From: Candidatus Tayloriibacteriota bacterium
Lineage (GTDB): Bacteria > Patescibacteriota > Minisyncoccia > Phycocordibacterales > PALSA-1337
Direction: 5' to 3'
Assembly (NCBI GenBank): GCA_031384385.1
Contig: JANNAN010000008.1
Span: forward strand, 1-42,058
Length of the DNA stretch: 42,058 bases
This document shows, in pieces, positions 1 through 8,773 of the stretch. Under the pieces are notes generated by a model. That model saw nothing but the letters and a program-made list of their open reading frames with translations. It was not told the DNA's origin and did no database searches. The first letter of the stretch is position 1; each line of letters begins with the position of its first letter. The position numbers were made by a program, and so were the translations under genes.

Positions 1-2
1 GC

Positions 3-1466
3 CCAGCTGCTTATACAGCTCCAGCAGGATGGACATGTCCAGGGACAACTCCAGTAGTTGTTACACCAGGAACAGGAACAATTACAACTCCAGGAATTCC
101 TGGAACACTTATTTATAATCTACAATCAACATTTAACAACAGTACTCTAGATAAGGGTAAGACAGTTGATGTTGCTCGTTATAAGTTACAAGCATCAGCT
201 TCAGATATGCAAGTTTCAAGCTTGTCATTTGATGTAAACAAGAGACTATGGTTGTACGTATCAGCTATAACTCTTAAGGATGATGCTGGAAATGTTATTG
301 CCTCAAAGACAGGTCTAACATCTTCAGATTTCTCTGAACTAAATGTTGGAGATAGTTATAGACTAACTCTACCTCTTAGTTATGTAGTTCCAAGAGCTAC
401 ATCAAAATACATAACTATAAACTTGACAGCTCAATCAGCAACAGACCGTACATCAACTGACACAATTACAATCACTTCATCACAAGCACGTGCAGTTGAT
501 GGAACAGGAGTAAATGATACACAAACTGATCCTACAGATCGTAATGTTGCTTGGACAGGAAGTAGTAATGCCGCTATTGTTACAACAATAGACAGTGCTT
601 CACCATCTACAAAGCTTGTACAAATTTCAACATCAGTTGAAACAGACAATGTAGTTCTAGGAGTATTCGATATTAAGTCACAAAACACAGCTACAATGTT
701 GAGAACACTTAAGGTAAGTGTTAGAACATCAGGAAATACAGTTAACGGATTGTTTAACGATATAAAGCTTAAGATTGGTGGAAATACATGGTCAGCTGAT
801 AGTATAGATACAGCTTCTCCAAATACAGTTTCATCATCTTCAGTTACATTCACAAACCTAAATACAACATTAACAAAGGATACTTACGTATCAGTTACTG
901 TTCTAGGAAAGGTTGCAAAGAATGTAACAGGATCAGCTTCTACAACATTGTATGCTAATGCAACAAACATTGTAGTTGAAGATTCTTCATACGCAGCAGT
1001 TTCTGTAAATACAGCAACTATTGCAGCAAATACACAGTCATTCACTACTTCAGGTGTTGTTGTAGTTAATCCTCTGGTTACAAAGGGTCAAAAGACTGTC
1101 ACAAATGCTGGTACAACAACAGAGACATTCTCTCTAGCGTTCGGACTAACAGCTGGTGATAATCCAATATACGTTGCTAAGGCAATTGGAACAGCTATTA
1201 CTGCTACAAGTAGTAATACAGCAGTTACAATTACTTCAACTGACTTCTCTGTAAATGACTCAAACAATGATGGAGCAACATACTTCTACATTGCCCCAGG
1301 TCAAACAAAGATATTCACAGCAACATATTTTGCTAGTGCAAATCCTGAATCATCTACTGTATTTAAAATCACTGATATCAAAGCTGGTGTAGATTCAACA
1401 ACTTTGAACAGTATAGATTTGAATTCATCTGATATTCAAAATGCTCTAAAGGCAACTATGTTCTAG
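3..1466 (+). CDS. 5'-truncated large Ser/Thr-rich surface (S-layer-like) protein
   Basis: The frame is open from the window edge (PAAYTAPAGWTCPGTT...) into ORF 207-1466; the protein is Thr/Ser/Val-rich and beta-strand-like; a strong terminator follows. Confidence 0.65.
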   Translation, partial: PAAYTAPAGWTCPGTTPVVVTPGTGTITTPGIPGTLIYNLQSTFNNSTLDKGKTVDVARYKLQASASDMQVSSLSFDVNKRLWLYVSAITLKDDAGNVIASKTGLTSSDFSELNVGDSYRLTLPLSYVVPRATSKYITINLTAQSATDRTSTDTITITSSQARAVDGTGVNDTQTDPTDRNVAWTGSSNAAIVTTIDSASPSTKLVQISTSVETDNVVLGVFDIKSQNTATMLRTLKVSVRTSGNTVNGLFNDIKLKIGGNTWSADSIDTASPNTVSSSSVTFTNLNTTLTKDTYVSVTVLGKVAKNVTGSASTTLYANATNIVVEDSSYAAVSVNTATIAANTQSFTTSGVVVVNPLVTKGQKTVTNAGTTTETFSLAFGLTAGDNPIYVAKAIGTAITATSSNTAVTITSTDFSVNDSNNDGATYFYIAPGQTKIFTATYFASANPESSTVFKITDIKAGVDSTTLNSIDLNSSDIQNALKATMF

Positions 1467-1483
1467 TCTTTAGTTAAAGAAAA

Positions 1484-1547
1484 CTCCCCACAACAGGTTA
1501 AAAAGTTGTACAAAAAGCCACTCGAAAGAGTGGTTTTTTGTTGTTTA
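1484..1547 (+). repeat. Inter-cassette repeat copy R1, includes intrinsic terminator hairpin
   Basis: ctccccacaacaggttaaaaagttgtacaa + AGCCACTCGAAAGAGTGGTTT (1516-1536) + T tract; near-identical to 3577-3640. Confidence 0.85.
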
Positions 1548-1656
1548 AATTTAGCTAATTTACTTCAATCTCTATTAAATCTTTATTCCGTCTACAGCAT
1601 TTCTTTATCTCGGGTTGGTAAGATTTGGGTATTATTAGGTTAATTAAATTTTAATT

Positions 1657-2046
1657 ATGTACATACAGGAATTTGATTTATGGAATGATCAGAAGAAAAA
1701 TATTAGTCAAACTATATTTACTCGTTTTTATAAGGAGCGAGAGATTTGGTGGTGTAATTTGGGAAAAAATATAGGTAGTGAACAAGATGGTAAAGGAGAT
1801 TATTATGAAAGGCCCGTATTAGTAATAAAAGCATTTAGCAGGTCTGTTTGTTTGATAATACCATTAACTACTTCTGCAAAAGAAAGTAAATTTTATTATA
1901 AAGTCGGTGTAATTGATGAGAAAGATGCTTCTGTTGTAATATCTCAAATCAAACTTATAAACACCAGAAGACTAACAAATAGAATATCGATATTAGATGA
2001 TGGAATCTTTCAAAACATAAGAAAAACCATCAGGGATTTATTCTGA
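1657..2046 (+). CDS. PemK/MazF-family endoribonuclease toxin
   Basis: Motifs EIWWCNLG.NIGSEQ.G, RPVLV, IPLTT, SQI..I...RL. Confidence 0.85.
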   Translation: MYIQEFDLWNDQKKNISQTIFTRFYKEREIWWCNLGKNIGSEQDGKGDYYERPVLVIKAFSRSVCLIIPLTTSAKESKFYYKVGVIDEKDASVVISQIKLINTRRLTNRISILDDGIFQNIRKTIRDLF

Positions 2047-2056
2047 TGGTTTTTCT
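2020..2056. terminator. Bidirectional hairpin spanning the mazF-1 stop codon
   Basis: 14-bp perfect inverted repeat agaaaaaccatcag (2020-2033) / ctgatggtttttct (2043-2056). Confidence 0.75.
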
Positions 2057-2105
2057 ACTTGTTCTCCCTATTTCTAGGGCGGGGCCGAAGCCATTGATAC
2101 TTAAT

Positions 2106-2133
2106 ATAATAGCAAATCAAAATTTACTGTCAA
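2106..2133 (-). promoter_or_regulatory. Convergent sigma70 promoter facing mazF-1
   Basis: Minus strand reads TTGACA-N16-TATTAT with an extended TG. Confidence 0.65.
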
Positions 2134-2141
2134 GAAAGATT

Positions 2142-2210
2142 AAGGGGAATTTAGATAATGAAAAAAGCTCTCTAGGAGATAAAACTCTCAGAGAACCTTT
2201 TTCGTCGTGA
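2142..2210 (+). pseudogene. Remnant 3' end of a NYN-like gene
   Basis: Reads KGNLDNEKSSLGDKTLREPFSS*, resembling the NYN C-terminus KDKLEYIRKAPLEDETSRSAFP*; same hairpin and convergent promoter context. Confidence 0.5.
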
Positions 2211-2215
2211 TGTAC

Positions 2216-2337
2216 ATATATTATCACCTTCAAAAAATTATACAAGAAGCCACTTAGAAAAGTGGTTTCTTGTTGTTTATTTTATCAACACCTTATCCCC
2301 GCGAGATAAAGAAAGGATAAAGTTTTTGTGGTTTTTG
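2216..2337 (+). repeat. Inter-cassette repeat copy R2
   Basis: Core AGCCACTTAGAAAAGTGGTTT at 2248-2268; left flank shared with R3, right flank shared with R5. Confidence 0.85.
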
Positions 2338-2405
2338 GCGTATACAATGATTTTCTAATTGCTAGAATATTTAGATGATTATAATTAACATATCTAAAAT
2401 AAAAT

Positions 2406-2795
2406 ATGCTGAAAAGATTTATAGAATGGATTGGATTAAAAGAAAAACTTCACAATAACAACTCCACACCACCTTTGGTCAAGGAAAGAGATTTGTGGTG
2501 GATTAGTATGGGTGAGAATATTGGTTCAGAGATAAATGGCAAGAGTAAACTCTTTTCTCGACCTGGAATTATTTTGAAGAAACTATCCCATGGTTTTTAT
2601 CTTATTGTTCCAACAACAACACAGAAAAGAGAGGGGACGTGGTATGTGAATATTCATCATAATGAAATAGATATGTATGCCTGCTTGCATCAGATCAGAA
2701 CAATTGATTATAGAAGATTATCAACAAAATTTGGACAAATTAGTCACGGGGAACTCACTAAGATTAAAGAATCATTTAATAAGTTATATAAATAG
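2406..2795 (+). CDS. PemK/MazF-family endoribonuclease toxin
   Basis: Motifs DLWWISMGENIGSEINGK, RPGII, VPTTT, QIRTIDYRRL. Confidence 0.85.
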   Translation: MLKRFIEWIGLKEKLHNNNSTPPLVKERDLWWISMGENIGSEINGKSKLFSRPGIILKKLSHGFYLIVPTTTQKREGTWYVNIHHNEIDMYACLHQIRTIDYRRLSTKFGQISHGELTKIKESFNKLYK

Positions 2796-2848
2796 AAACA
2801 AAATTCCCCACCTTTTGGGCGGGGCCGCGGCTAATGCCGAATGTAGAT

Positions 2849-2908
2849 ATATATTATCACCTTCAAAAATTTATGCAAGAAGCCACTTAGAAAAGTGGTT
2901 TTTTGTTG
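2849..2908 (+). repeat. Inter-cassette repeat copy R3
   Basis: Core AGCCACTTAGAAAAGTGGTTT at 2881-2901; the downstream block 2932-3000 resembles 1567-1613. Confidence 0.85.
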
Positions 2909-3039
2909 GGAAAATTTTTTTAATTGCTGACAATCTCTATCAAATCTTTACTCTGTCTACAGCGTTTCTTTATTTTGTCTTTAGAATTTCTTTATCTCGG
3001 TACGGTAAAATATATAAATTATTATTAAATTTAAATAAA

Positions 3040-3573
3040 ATGAATAAGATAATTGAATTACAAATTGAAAATATAGTTAGTCATATTTACTTTATTAGAG
3101 GTAAGAAAGTAATGTTCGATAAGGATTTAGCTGAATTATATAGAGTAGACACAAAAGTATTAAATCAGGCAGTAAAAAGAAATATAAAGAGGTTTCCTTC
3201 TGATTTTGTGTTTAGATTAAATAAAGAAGAAACTAGTATATGGTATAGGGTATATTCAAGGTCACAAATTGTGACCTTGGGGAAAGGACAAAATATTAAG
3301 TATTACCCTTATGTTTTTACAGAACAAGGTGTGGCTATGTTATCAAGTATTTTGAAGAGTGAAACTGCGATAGACGTAAATATTCAAATTATGAGAACAT
3401 TTACAAAATTAAGAGAAATAATGTCTTCGAATTCTGAATTAAGAAATAAGATTGAAGAAATGGAGAAGAAATACAATAATAATTTTGAAGTTATTTTTGG
3501 AGCAATTAAAGAGTTATTGGCCGAGCCAGAAGAGAAGATTGTTGAGAATAAAGAGAGAGTAGGTTTCAACTAG
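3040..3573 (+). CDS. ORF6N-domain DNA-binding protein
   Basis: IRGKKVMFDKDLAELY, NQAVKRN..RFP.DF, PYVFTEQGVAMLSSIL. Start moved to ATG 3040 because the ORF-track extension runs through repeat R3. Confidence 0.85.
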   Translation: MNKIIELQIENIVSHIYFIRGKKVMFDKDLAELYRVDTKVLNQAVKRNIKRFPSDFVFRLNKEETSIWYRVYSRSQIVTLGKGQNIKYYPYVFTEQGVAMLSSILKSETAIDVNIQIMRTFTKLREIMSSNSELRNKIEEMEKKYNNNFEVIFGAIKELLAEPEEKIVENKERVGFN

Positions 3574-3576
3574 TTT

Positions 3577-3645
3577 CTCCCCATAACAGGTTAAAAAGTT
3601 GTACAAAGAGCCACTTAGAAAAGTGGTTTTTTGTTGTTTATTTTT
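3577..3645 (+). repeat. Inter-cassette repeat copy R4
   Basis: Core at 3609-3629; left flank nearly identical to R1. Confidence 0.85.
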
Positions 3646-3723
3646 CTACATCCTATTGATTCTCCATCCAACTAAAAGTATAATAGTAGTATTGTAATCC
3701 CAAGATTTAATTTTAATAAAAAT

Positions 3724-4839
3724 ATGGCTCAAATAAAGCGTTATTTAGAAGAAAAAATAATAGAAAGTATTCAAAAAGACAAGATTTTGATTATTTATGG
3801 CGCTAGACAAGTAGGAAAAACAACTTTAGTTAAGAAATTTCTAATAGGTGAAAAATCACTATATTTAAATGGAGATTTTATTGATGATGCAGAAAAGCTT
3901 GATAAACCAACAAAAGAAATGGTTGCTAGATTTGAACAATTAGATTTACTTATAATTGATGAAGCTCAAAATATTAAAGATATTGGTTTAAAACTTAAAG
4001 TAATACATGATACATTGCCAAATCTAAAGATCATTGCTACTGGTTCATCGAGCTTCGAGTTATCTAATAAAATCAATGAACCCTTAACAGGAAGACACTT
4101 CTCACATTTGATGTACCCATTTTCTTTTAAAGAAACAAAAAATCAAAATACTAATATAAAGGAGTCGATGGTTTATGGAATGTATCCTGATGTATTTTTG
4201 CAAGAAACAATCAAAGATAAAAGAGAAATTATAGAAAGAATTGCTTCAAGTTATCTTTTTAAAGATTTGCTTAATATTGAATATATAAAGAATCCAAAAT
4301 CATTAGAACATCTATTAAAAGTATTAGCATCACAAATTGGTAATGAAGTTTCATTTAATGAAATTTCAAATACATTAGATATTGATATAAAAACTGTAAC
4401 TAAATATATAGATATATTAGAAAAACTTTTTATAGTATTTTCTCTAAATCCACTAACTTCAAACACAAGAAAATCATTAACAAAAAAGAGAAAGTATTAT
4501 TTTTATGATTTAGGAATAAGAAATGCTATTTTAGGAGACTTTTCAGAAATAGAAAGTCGTGTTGATAAGGGTGCTTTGTGGGAAAACTTTTGTATTATAG
4601 AAAGACTAAAGAAAAATTCGGCTGAAGATAAAAATCCAAGATATTATTTTTTTAGAACATATCAGGGTGACGAGATAGATTTTATTGAAATTGATGATGC
4701 TGTTGTTACTGGTTTTGAATTTAAATATAGTAAAGATAATATAAGTAGTAAGGTAAAAAAAATGTACAAAGTAGATCTGAATGGGCAAGGAGAGATACAA
4801 GTCATTAACACTGAAAATTGTATAAATTTTATTTCTTAA
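3724..4839 (+). CDS. AAA+ ATPase (AAA_14 + DUF4143 type)
   Basis: Walker A GARQVGKT, Walker B IIDEAQ, TGSS, LTGR, KYYFYDLG, C-terminal EIDF...FEFK nuclease-like motif. Confidence 0.85.
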   Translation: MAQIKRYLEEKIIESIQKDKILIIYGARQVGKTTLVKKFLIGEKSLYLNGDFIDDAEKLDKPTKEMVARFEQLDLLIIDEAQNIKDIGLKLKVIHDTLPNLKIIATGSSSFELSNKINEPLTGRHFSHLMYPFSFKETKNQNTNIKESMVYGMYPDVFLQETIKDKREIIERIASSYLFKDLLNIEYIKNPKSLEHLLKVLASQIGNEVSFNEISNTLDIDIKTVTKYIDILEKLFIVFSLNPLTSNTRKSLTKKRKYYFYDLGIRNAILGDFSEIESRVDKGALWENFCIIERLKKNSAEDKNPRYYFFRTYQGDEIDFIEIDDAVVTGFEFKYSKDNISSKVKKMYKVDLNGQGEIQVINTENCINFIS

Positions 4840-4847
4840 TAAAATCA

Positions 4848-4968
4848 TCCCCCACAACAATTAAAACATTGTACAAGAAGCCACTTAGAAAAGTGGTTTT
4901 TTGTTGTTTATTTTATCCACATCTTATCCCCGTCAAATAAAGAAACGATAAAGTTTTTGTGGTTTTTG
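4848..4968 (+). repeat. Inter-cassette repeat copy R5
   Basis: Core at 4879-4899; left flank R1/R4-like, right flank R2-like. Confidence 0.85.
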
Positions 4969-5005
4969 ATATATACAGAAGTTTTTACATTGTTAAAATA
5001 GTTGG

Positions 5006-5545
5006 ATGGAAGACATTAAAAAGGAAAATAATTACGCTTTTATTGATAGTCAGAATCTAAATCTCGGCATACAAAAGCTTGGTTGGAAATTAGATTATTT
5101 TAAATTTAGAATTTATCTTAAAGAAAAATATAATGTCAGTAAGGCGTATATATTTATTGGTTATATGCCCTTGAACCAAAAACTTTATGAAAAATTAAAA
5201 GAAACGGGTTTTATCTTATGCTTTAAACCAACAATACCAAATTCTGACGGTAAATTTAAAGGTAATGTTGATGCCGATATGGTTTTACAAACAATAATTG
5301 AATTGAATAATTATAATAAAACCATAATTATTTCTAGTGATGGGGATTTCTATTCGTTAGTAAAATATCTCTATGAAAATAATAAATTAGAAATAGTTCT
5401 GAGTCCTGATATAGGTGAGTGTTCAAGTCTTTTAAAACAGAATGCGAAAGAAAAAATTCATTTTATGAATGAACTAAAAGATAAATTAGAGTATATAAGA
5501 AAAGCACCGCTTGAAGACGAAACATCAAGAAGTGCTTTTCCCTAA
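5006..5545 (+). CDS. NYN-domain (LabA/DUF88-type PIN-fold) RNase
   Basis: AFIDSQNL, KGNVDADMV, SSDGDF acidic motifs. Confidence 0.85.
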   Translation: MEDIKKENNYAFIDSQNLNLGIQKLGWKLDYFKFRIYLKEKYNVSKAYIFIGYMPLNQKLYEKLKETGFILCFKPTIPNSDGKFKGNVDADMVLQTIIELNNYNKTIIISSDGDFYSLVKYLYENNKLEIVLSPDIGECSSLLKQNAKEKIHFMNELKDKLEYIRKAPLEDETSRSAFP

Positions 5546-5557
5546 CGATACATTATT

Positions 5558-5587
5558 ATATTATCAAAATATGTAGTTTGCTGTCAA
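5558..5587 (-). promoter_or_regulatory. Convergent sigma70 promoter facing the NYN gene
   Basis: Minus strand reads TTGACA-N18-TAATAT with an extended TG. Confidence 0.6.
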
Positions 5588-5644
5588 ATTTTTGTACGCG
5601 TACACCAAATTTACTATCAATTCATTTTCTGCTACAATATAGAC

Positions 5645-5815
5645 ATGGTAAACCCATTCGACAGGACATTCTTTAGATTAATACTTGGTTTTACATTTAT
5701 ATTGAGTTTAAGCTTCTCAATTATGTATTTTGTTAATAAATATAGCTCAGTTTTTGATAATAAACAGGCAACTGCCTTAAAAAATGATTCGGATCAAATA
5801 AAAATTAAAAAATAA
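5645..5815 (+). CDS. Small single-pass membrane protein (56 aa; below the ORF-track cutoff)
   Basis: MVNPFDRTFFRLILGFTFILSLSFSIMYFV...; TGcTACAAT lies 6 nt before the ATG; a terminator follows at about 5836-5865. Confidence 0.6.
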   Translation: MVNPFDRTFFRLILGFTFILSLSFSIMYFVNKYSSVFDNKQATALKNDSDQIKIKK

Positions 5816-5977
5816 TAGCTAAAATGATTAAAGATAAAGCCACCACATAAAAGGTGGTTTTTCTTTTATTTATTTATATGTTGTGGTGAAAATCTTTATC
5901 ATTTATTTAGAATTTCTTTATCAGATCTTTATCTCTATTTTGTATAATTTATCTATTATTAAATAATTTATTTTATT

Positions 5978-8572
5978 ATGAAAATTATATTAAAAAAGAA
6001 AATAGTTTTTTTATCTAGTCTGTTATTGATTGCGTTTACATTTAGTCCATCAATTTCTTATGCAGAAACTTATATAACAAATGATGATGTCAGATTTGGT
6101 GCCAATTGGTATAAAGAAGGAAGTCCATATATTCTCGATGAAGACATTAGTATTAATAATGGTCATGCATTAAATATCTATAAAGGAGTAACTGTAATAT
6201 CTGCTTCAACAACAAATGAAACGGGAAATTTGCATACTATTACTGTTGATCAAGGAGAAATTGATATGCAGGGCACAAAAGATGATCCAATTTTTATTGA
6301 AAATTTAAAATACATTTATTTTAATTATAGTGAAATAGCAAATTTCGATAATGTTATTTTGAATAAGACGGGCTTAGATTTTTGGCATAGTACAAGTAGT
6401 ATAAATAATACAATAATAAAAAATTCTGAAAATGCTATAAATACTACTGCAAGTAATATTTCTATAAATAATAGTAAAATTATAAAAAATAAAATAGGCA
6501 TTGCTTCGCATCAGACAGAATCTCCACCTGTTCTTATATTTAATGATGATATGTATAAATTCGAGGGGGTGGGCGGTATGGGAAATGCCACTGAAGGTAT
6601 TGCAGATACTATTCTAGATTTTAAACAAAATATTATTAATATAAATAATTCTGAAATTGAAAATAATACAGATTATGGAATTTTACAGGAATCAGTAAAT
6701 CCAATAAATGCAGTAAATAATTGGTGGGGTAATCCAAATGGTCCAAGTAATGATGAAGTCATAGCAGGAGATAGGATTTCTGGGTTGATTAATTATATTC
6801 CTTGGATTAATAAAAATATTATTAAATGCTGTTCAAATGTATTGTTTCTACCCGGAATTGAAGCTAGTAGATTGTACAAAGATTCTTTGGGGTTATTTGG
6901 CACAAGTACAAATCAGCTTTGGGAGCCAAATAGGAATGATGATGTAAGAAAGTTGTATCTTGATAAAGATGGTAAAAGTATTGATTCTACAATTTATACA
7001 AAAGATATTCTAGATTCAGCTTTTGGATTAAAGTCTATTTATGAAAGTTTTATCGCTATGATGAATAGCGTGGTTGCGGATGGCTCGATCAAGCAATGGT
7101 TACCATATGCTTATGATTGGCGAATGAGTGTTGAAGAAATTGTAAAGAATGGTGATTTAATTAAAGTAGTGCAAGATTTGGCTAAAAATTCGAAAACTGG
7201 AAAGGTGATTATAATTGCGCATAGTAATGGAGGGCTTGTAACAAAAGAACTATTAAAAGCCCTAGAATTAAAAAGGGAAGGTGAAATTATAGAAAAAGTA
7301 ATAAATGTAGCTGTTCCGGAATTAGGAACTCCACAAGCTTTGTTAGGATTATTGCATGCTAATAATCAATCTATATTTAGCGGGGTGGTTTTGTCTGAAA
7401 ATAATGCTAGAACTTTTTCACAAAATATGTCAGGTGCTTATGGGCTCTTACCTTCAAGAAAGTTTTTTGAAAATAGACCAGAATCTGTTATTTCAAATTT
7501 ATTCTCTAGTTCTACTTATTCGACAGCGTCATTATATGATTCAATGAAAAATTTCTTACTTTTTAATTCTTTTTCAAAAGCATCATCAACGGATATTAAT
7601 ATTCCATTAATTCTAAATCCATCACTGATTTCAATTTCGGATTCAATTCATTCAGTGATTGATATATTTAAGCCTGCAAGTACCACAAAAACTTTATCGA
7701 TATTTGGCTGGGGTTTGCCAACTTCAGAAGCCATTCAATATGAAAAAGATAAACATTGTAATCCAAATCTAAAGAAATTAATTAAACAAACCTGCCCAAA
7801 TATCTATTCTCCAATACTAACTCATTCTGGAGATGGAACTGTATTAACAAAGACTAATTCTAATAATTCAGATTCGACTCTTTTCTTTAATTTAAAAAAT
7901 ATTGAAAAAAATTTGGATAAAACAATAGAGCATGGTGATATCCTTGAATCTGCAGATTTATTGAATAAGATAAAAGATACGGTTATAGATTCTACTTCAA
8001 CGGATAAAAATTATGATAAATATTTTTCAAATACAGAACCGATTGATACTGATAAATATTTAACGATAAAAGTATATTCACCTGTTGATATTCATATCTA
8101 TGATAAAAATGGAAATCATACTGGAATAATTGAAAATCCAATCCCAGGTAAAGACTTAAGAAATTATGAGAAAAATATACCAACTAGTTATTATGGAAAT
8201 TTCGGAGGTTTAAAAATGATTAGAGTTCCTTATAATCAAGATTATCAAATTTTATTAAAAGGTACGGGCGAAGGTGTATTTTCAGTTGATGCTTCTATTA
8301 CTCAATTTGATCAAACAATTGCCACAATAAGTTTTGATGAAATGCCAGTAAGTACAGATATGAATGGAGAAATGATTATCGCCACTTCTACTGAAACTTT
8401 TTCAAATAAATCATTGATAAATATTGATGAAAATGATGATGGGATAGCAGAACATGAATATAAGGAAAAAGGTCATCATAAAAAAATACATAAAAAAATA
8501 AAGAAATTACCAAAGAAATTGCGTCATGTTCGAGTTACTGAAAATAATGTTCAAGCTAAGGAACATAATTGA
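5978..8572 (+). CDS. Secreted multidomain protein: beta-helix repeats plus LCAT-like alpha/beta hydrolase
   Basis: Signal peptide; Asn/Ile-rich repeats with NNWWG; PGIEAS oxyanion motif, YDWR, AHSNGG nucleophile elbow, GDGTV. Confidence 0.7.
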   Translation: MKIILKKKIVFLSSLLLIAFTFSPSISYAETYITNDDVRFGANWYKEGSPYILDEDISINNGHALNIYKGVTVISASTTNETGNLHTITVDQGEIDMQGTKDDPIFIENLKYIYFNYSEIANFDNVILNKTGLDFWHSTSSINNTIIKNSENAINTTASNISINNSKIIKNKIGIASHQTESPPVLIFNDDMYKFEGVGGMGNATEGIADTILDFKQNIININNSEIENNTDYGILQESVNPINAVNNWWGNPNGPSNDEVIAGDRISGLINYIPWINKNIIKCCSNVLFLPGIEASRLYKDSLGLFGTSTNQLWEPNRNDDVRKLYLDKDGKSIDSTIYTKDILDSAFGLKSIYESFIAMMNSVVADGSIKQWLPYAYDWRMSVEEIVKNGDLIKVVQDLAKNSKTGKVIIIAHSNGGLVTKELLKALELKREGEIIEKVINVAVPELGTPQALLGLLHANNQSIFSGVVLSENNARTFSQNMSGAYGLLPSRKFFENRPESVISNLFSSSTYSTASLYDSMKNFLLFNSFSKASSTDINIPLILNPSLISISDSIHSVIDIFKPASTTKTLSIFGWGLPTSEAIQYEKDKHCNPNLKKLIKQTCPNIYSPILTHSGDGTVLTKTNSNNSDSTLFFNLKNIEKNLDKTIEHGDILESADLLNKIKDTVIDSTSTDKNYDKYFSNTEPIDTDKYLTIKVYSPVDIHIYDKNGNHTGIIENPIPGKDLRNYEKNIPTSYYGNFGGLKMIRVPYNQDYQILLKGTGEGVFSVDASITQFDQTIATISFDEMPVSTDMNGEMIIATSTETFSNKSLINIDENDDGIAEHEYKEKGHHKKIHKKIKKLPKKLRHVRVTENNVQAKEHN

Positions 8573-8581
8573 CTATAAGAG

Positions 8582-8680
8582 CGACTTTTGATAATGTGTT
8601 GAATATAAGGCCAGAGACAGAAGGCGTCCATAAGACCTTCCGAGGTACTCTTTCAACCTTATCAAAGGTCGTTTTTTATT
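8582..8680 (+). promoter_or_regulatory. L10 leader (rplJL autogenous control RNA)
   Basis: CCAGAGACAGAAGG...CCTTCCGAGG core (8611-8645) upstream of rplJ; 8582-8594 pairs with 8659-8671, followed by a T tract. Confidence 0.7.
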
Positions 8681-8773
8681 AAAAATTAACTTGGGTTCGT
8701 AAGCGTAGAAGTCTTTTTTCTGAAACATGTTGAAGAAAAAAGAGTTTGTGCGCATTAAAGAATTCCGAAATAA

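Noticed and set aside
2677-3039. N-terminal extension of the ORF6N ORF
   Set aside because: It overlaps mazF-2 and crosses the hairpin repeat; the paralog supports a start at 3040.
4913-4921. DnaA box as evidence for oriC
   Set aside because: Perfect boxes are isolated (here and 10347-10355), with no dense cluster and no dnaA/dnaN nearby.
1484-4968. Repeats as a CRISPR array or attC sites
   Set aside because: Spacing is gene-sized and irregular, there are no cas genes or integrase in the window, and no RYYYAAC/GTTRRRY ends are evident.
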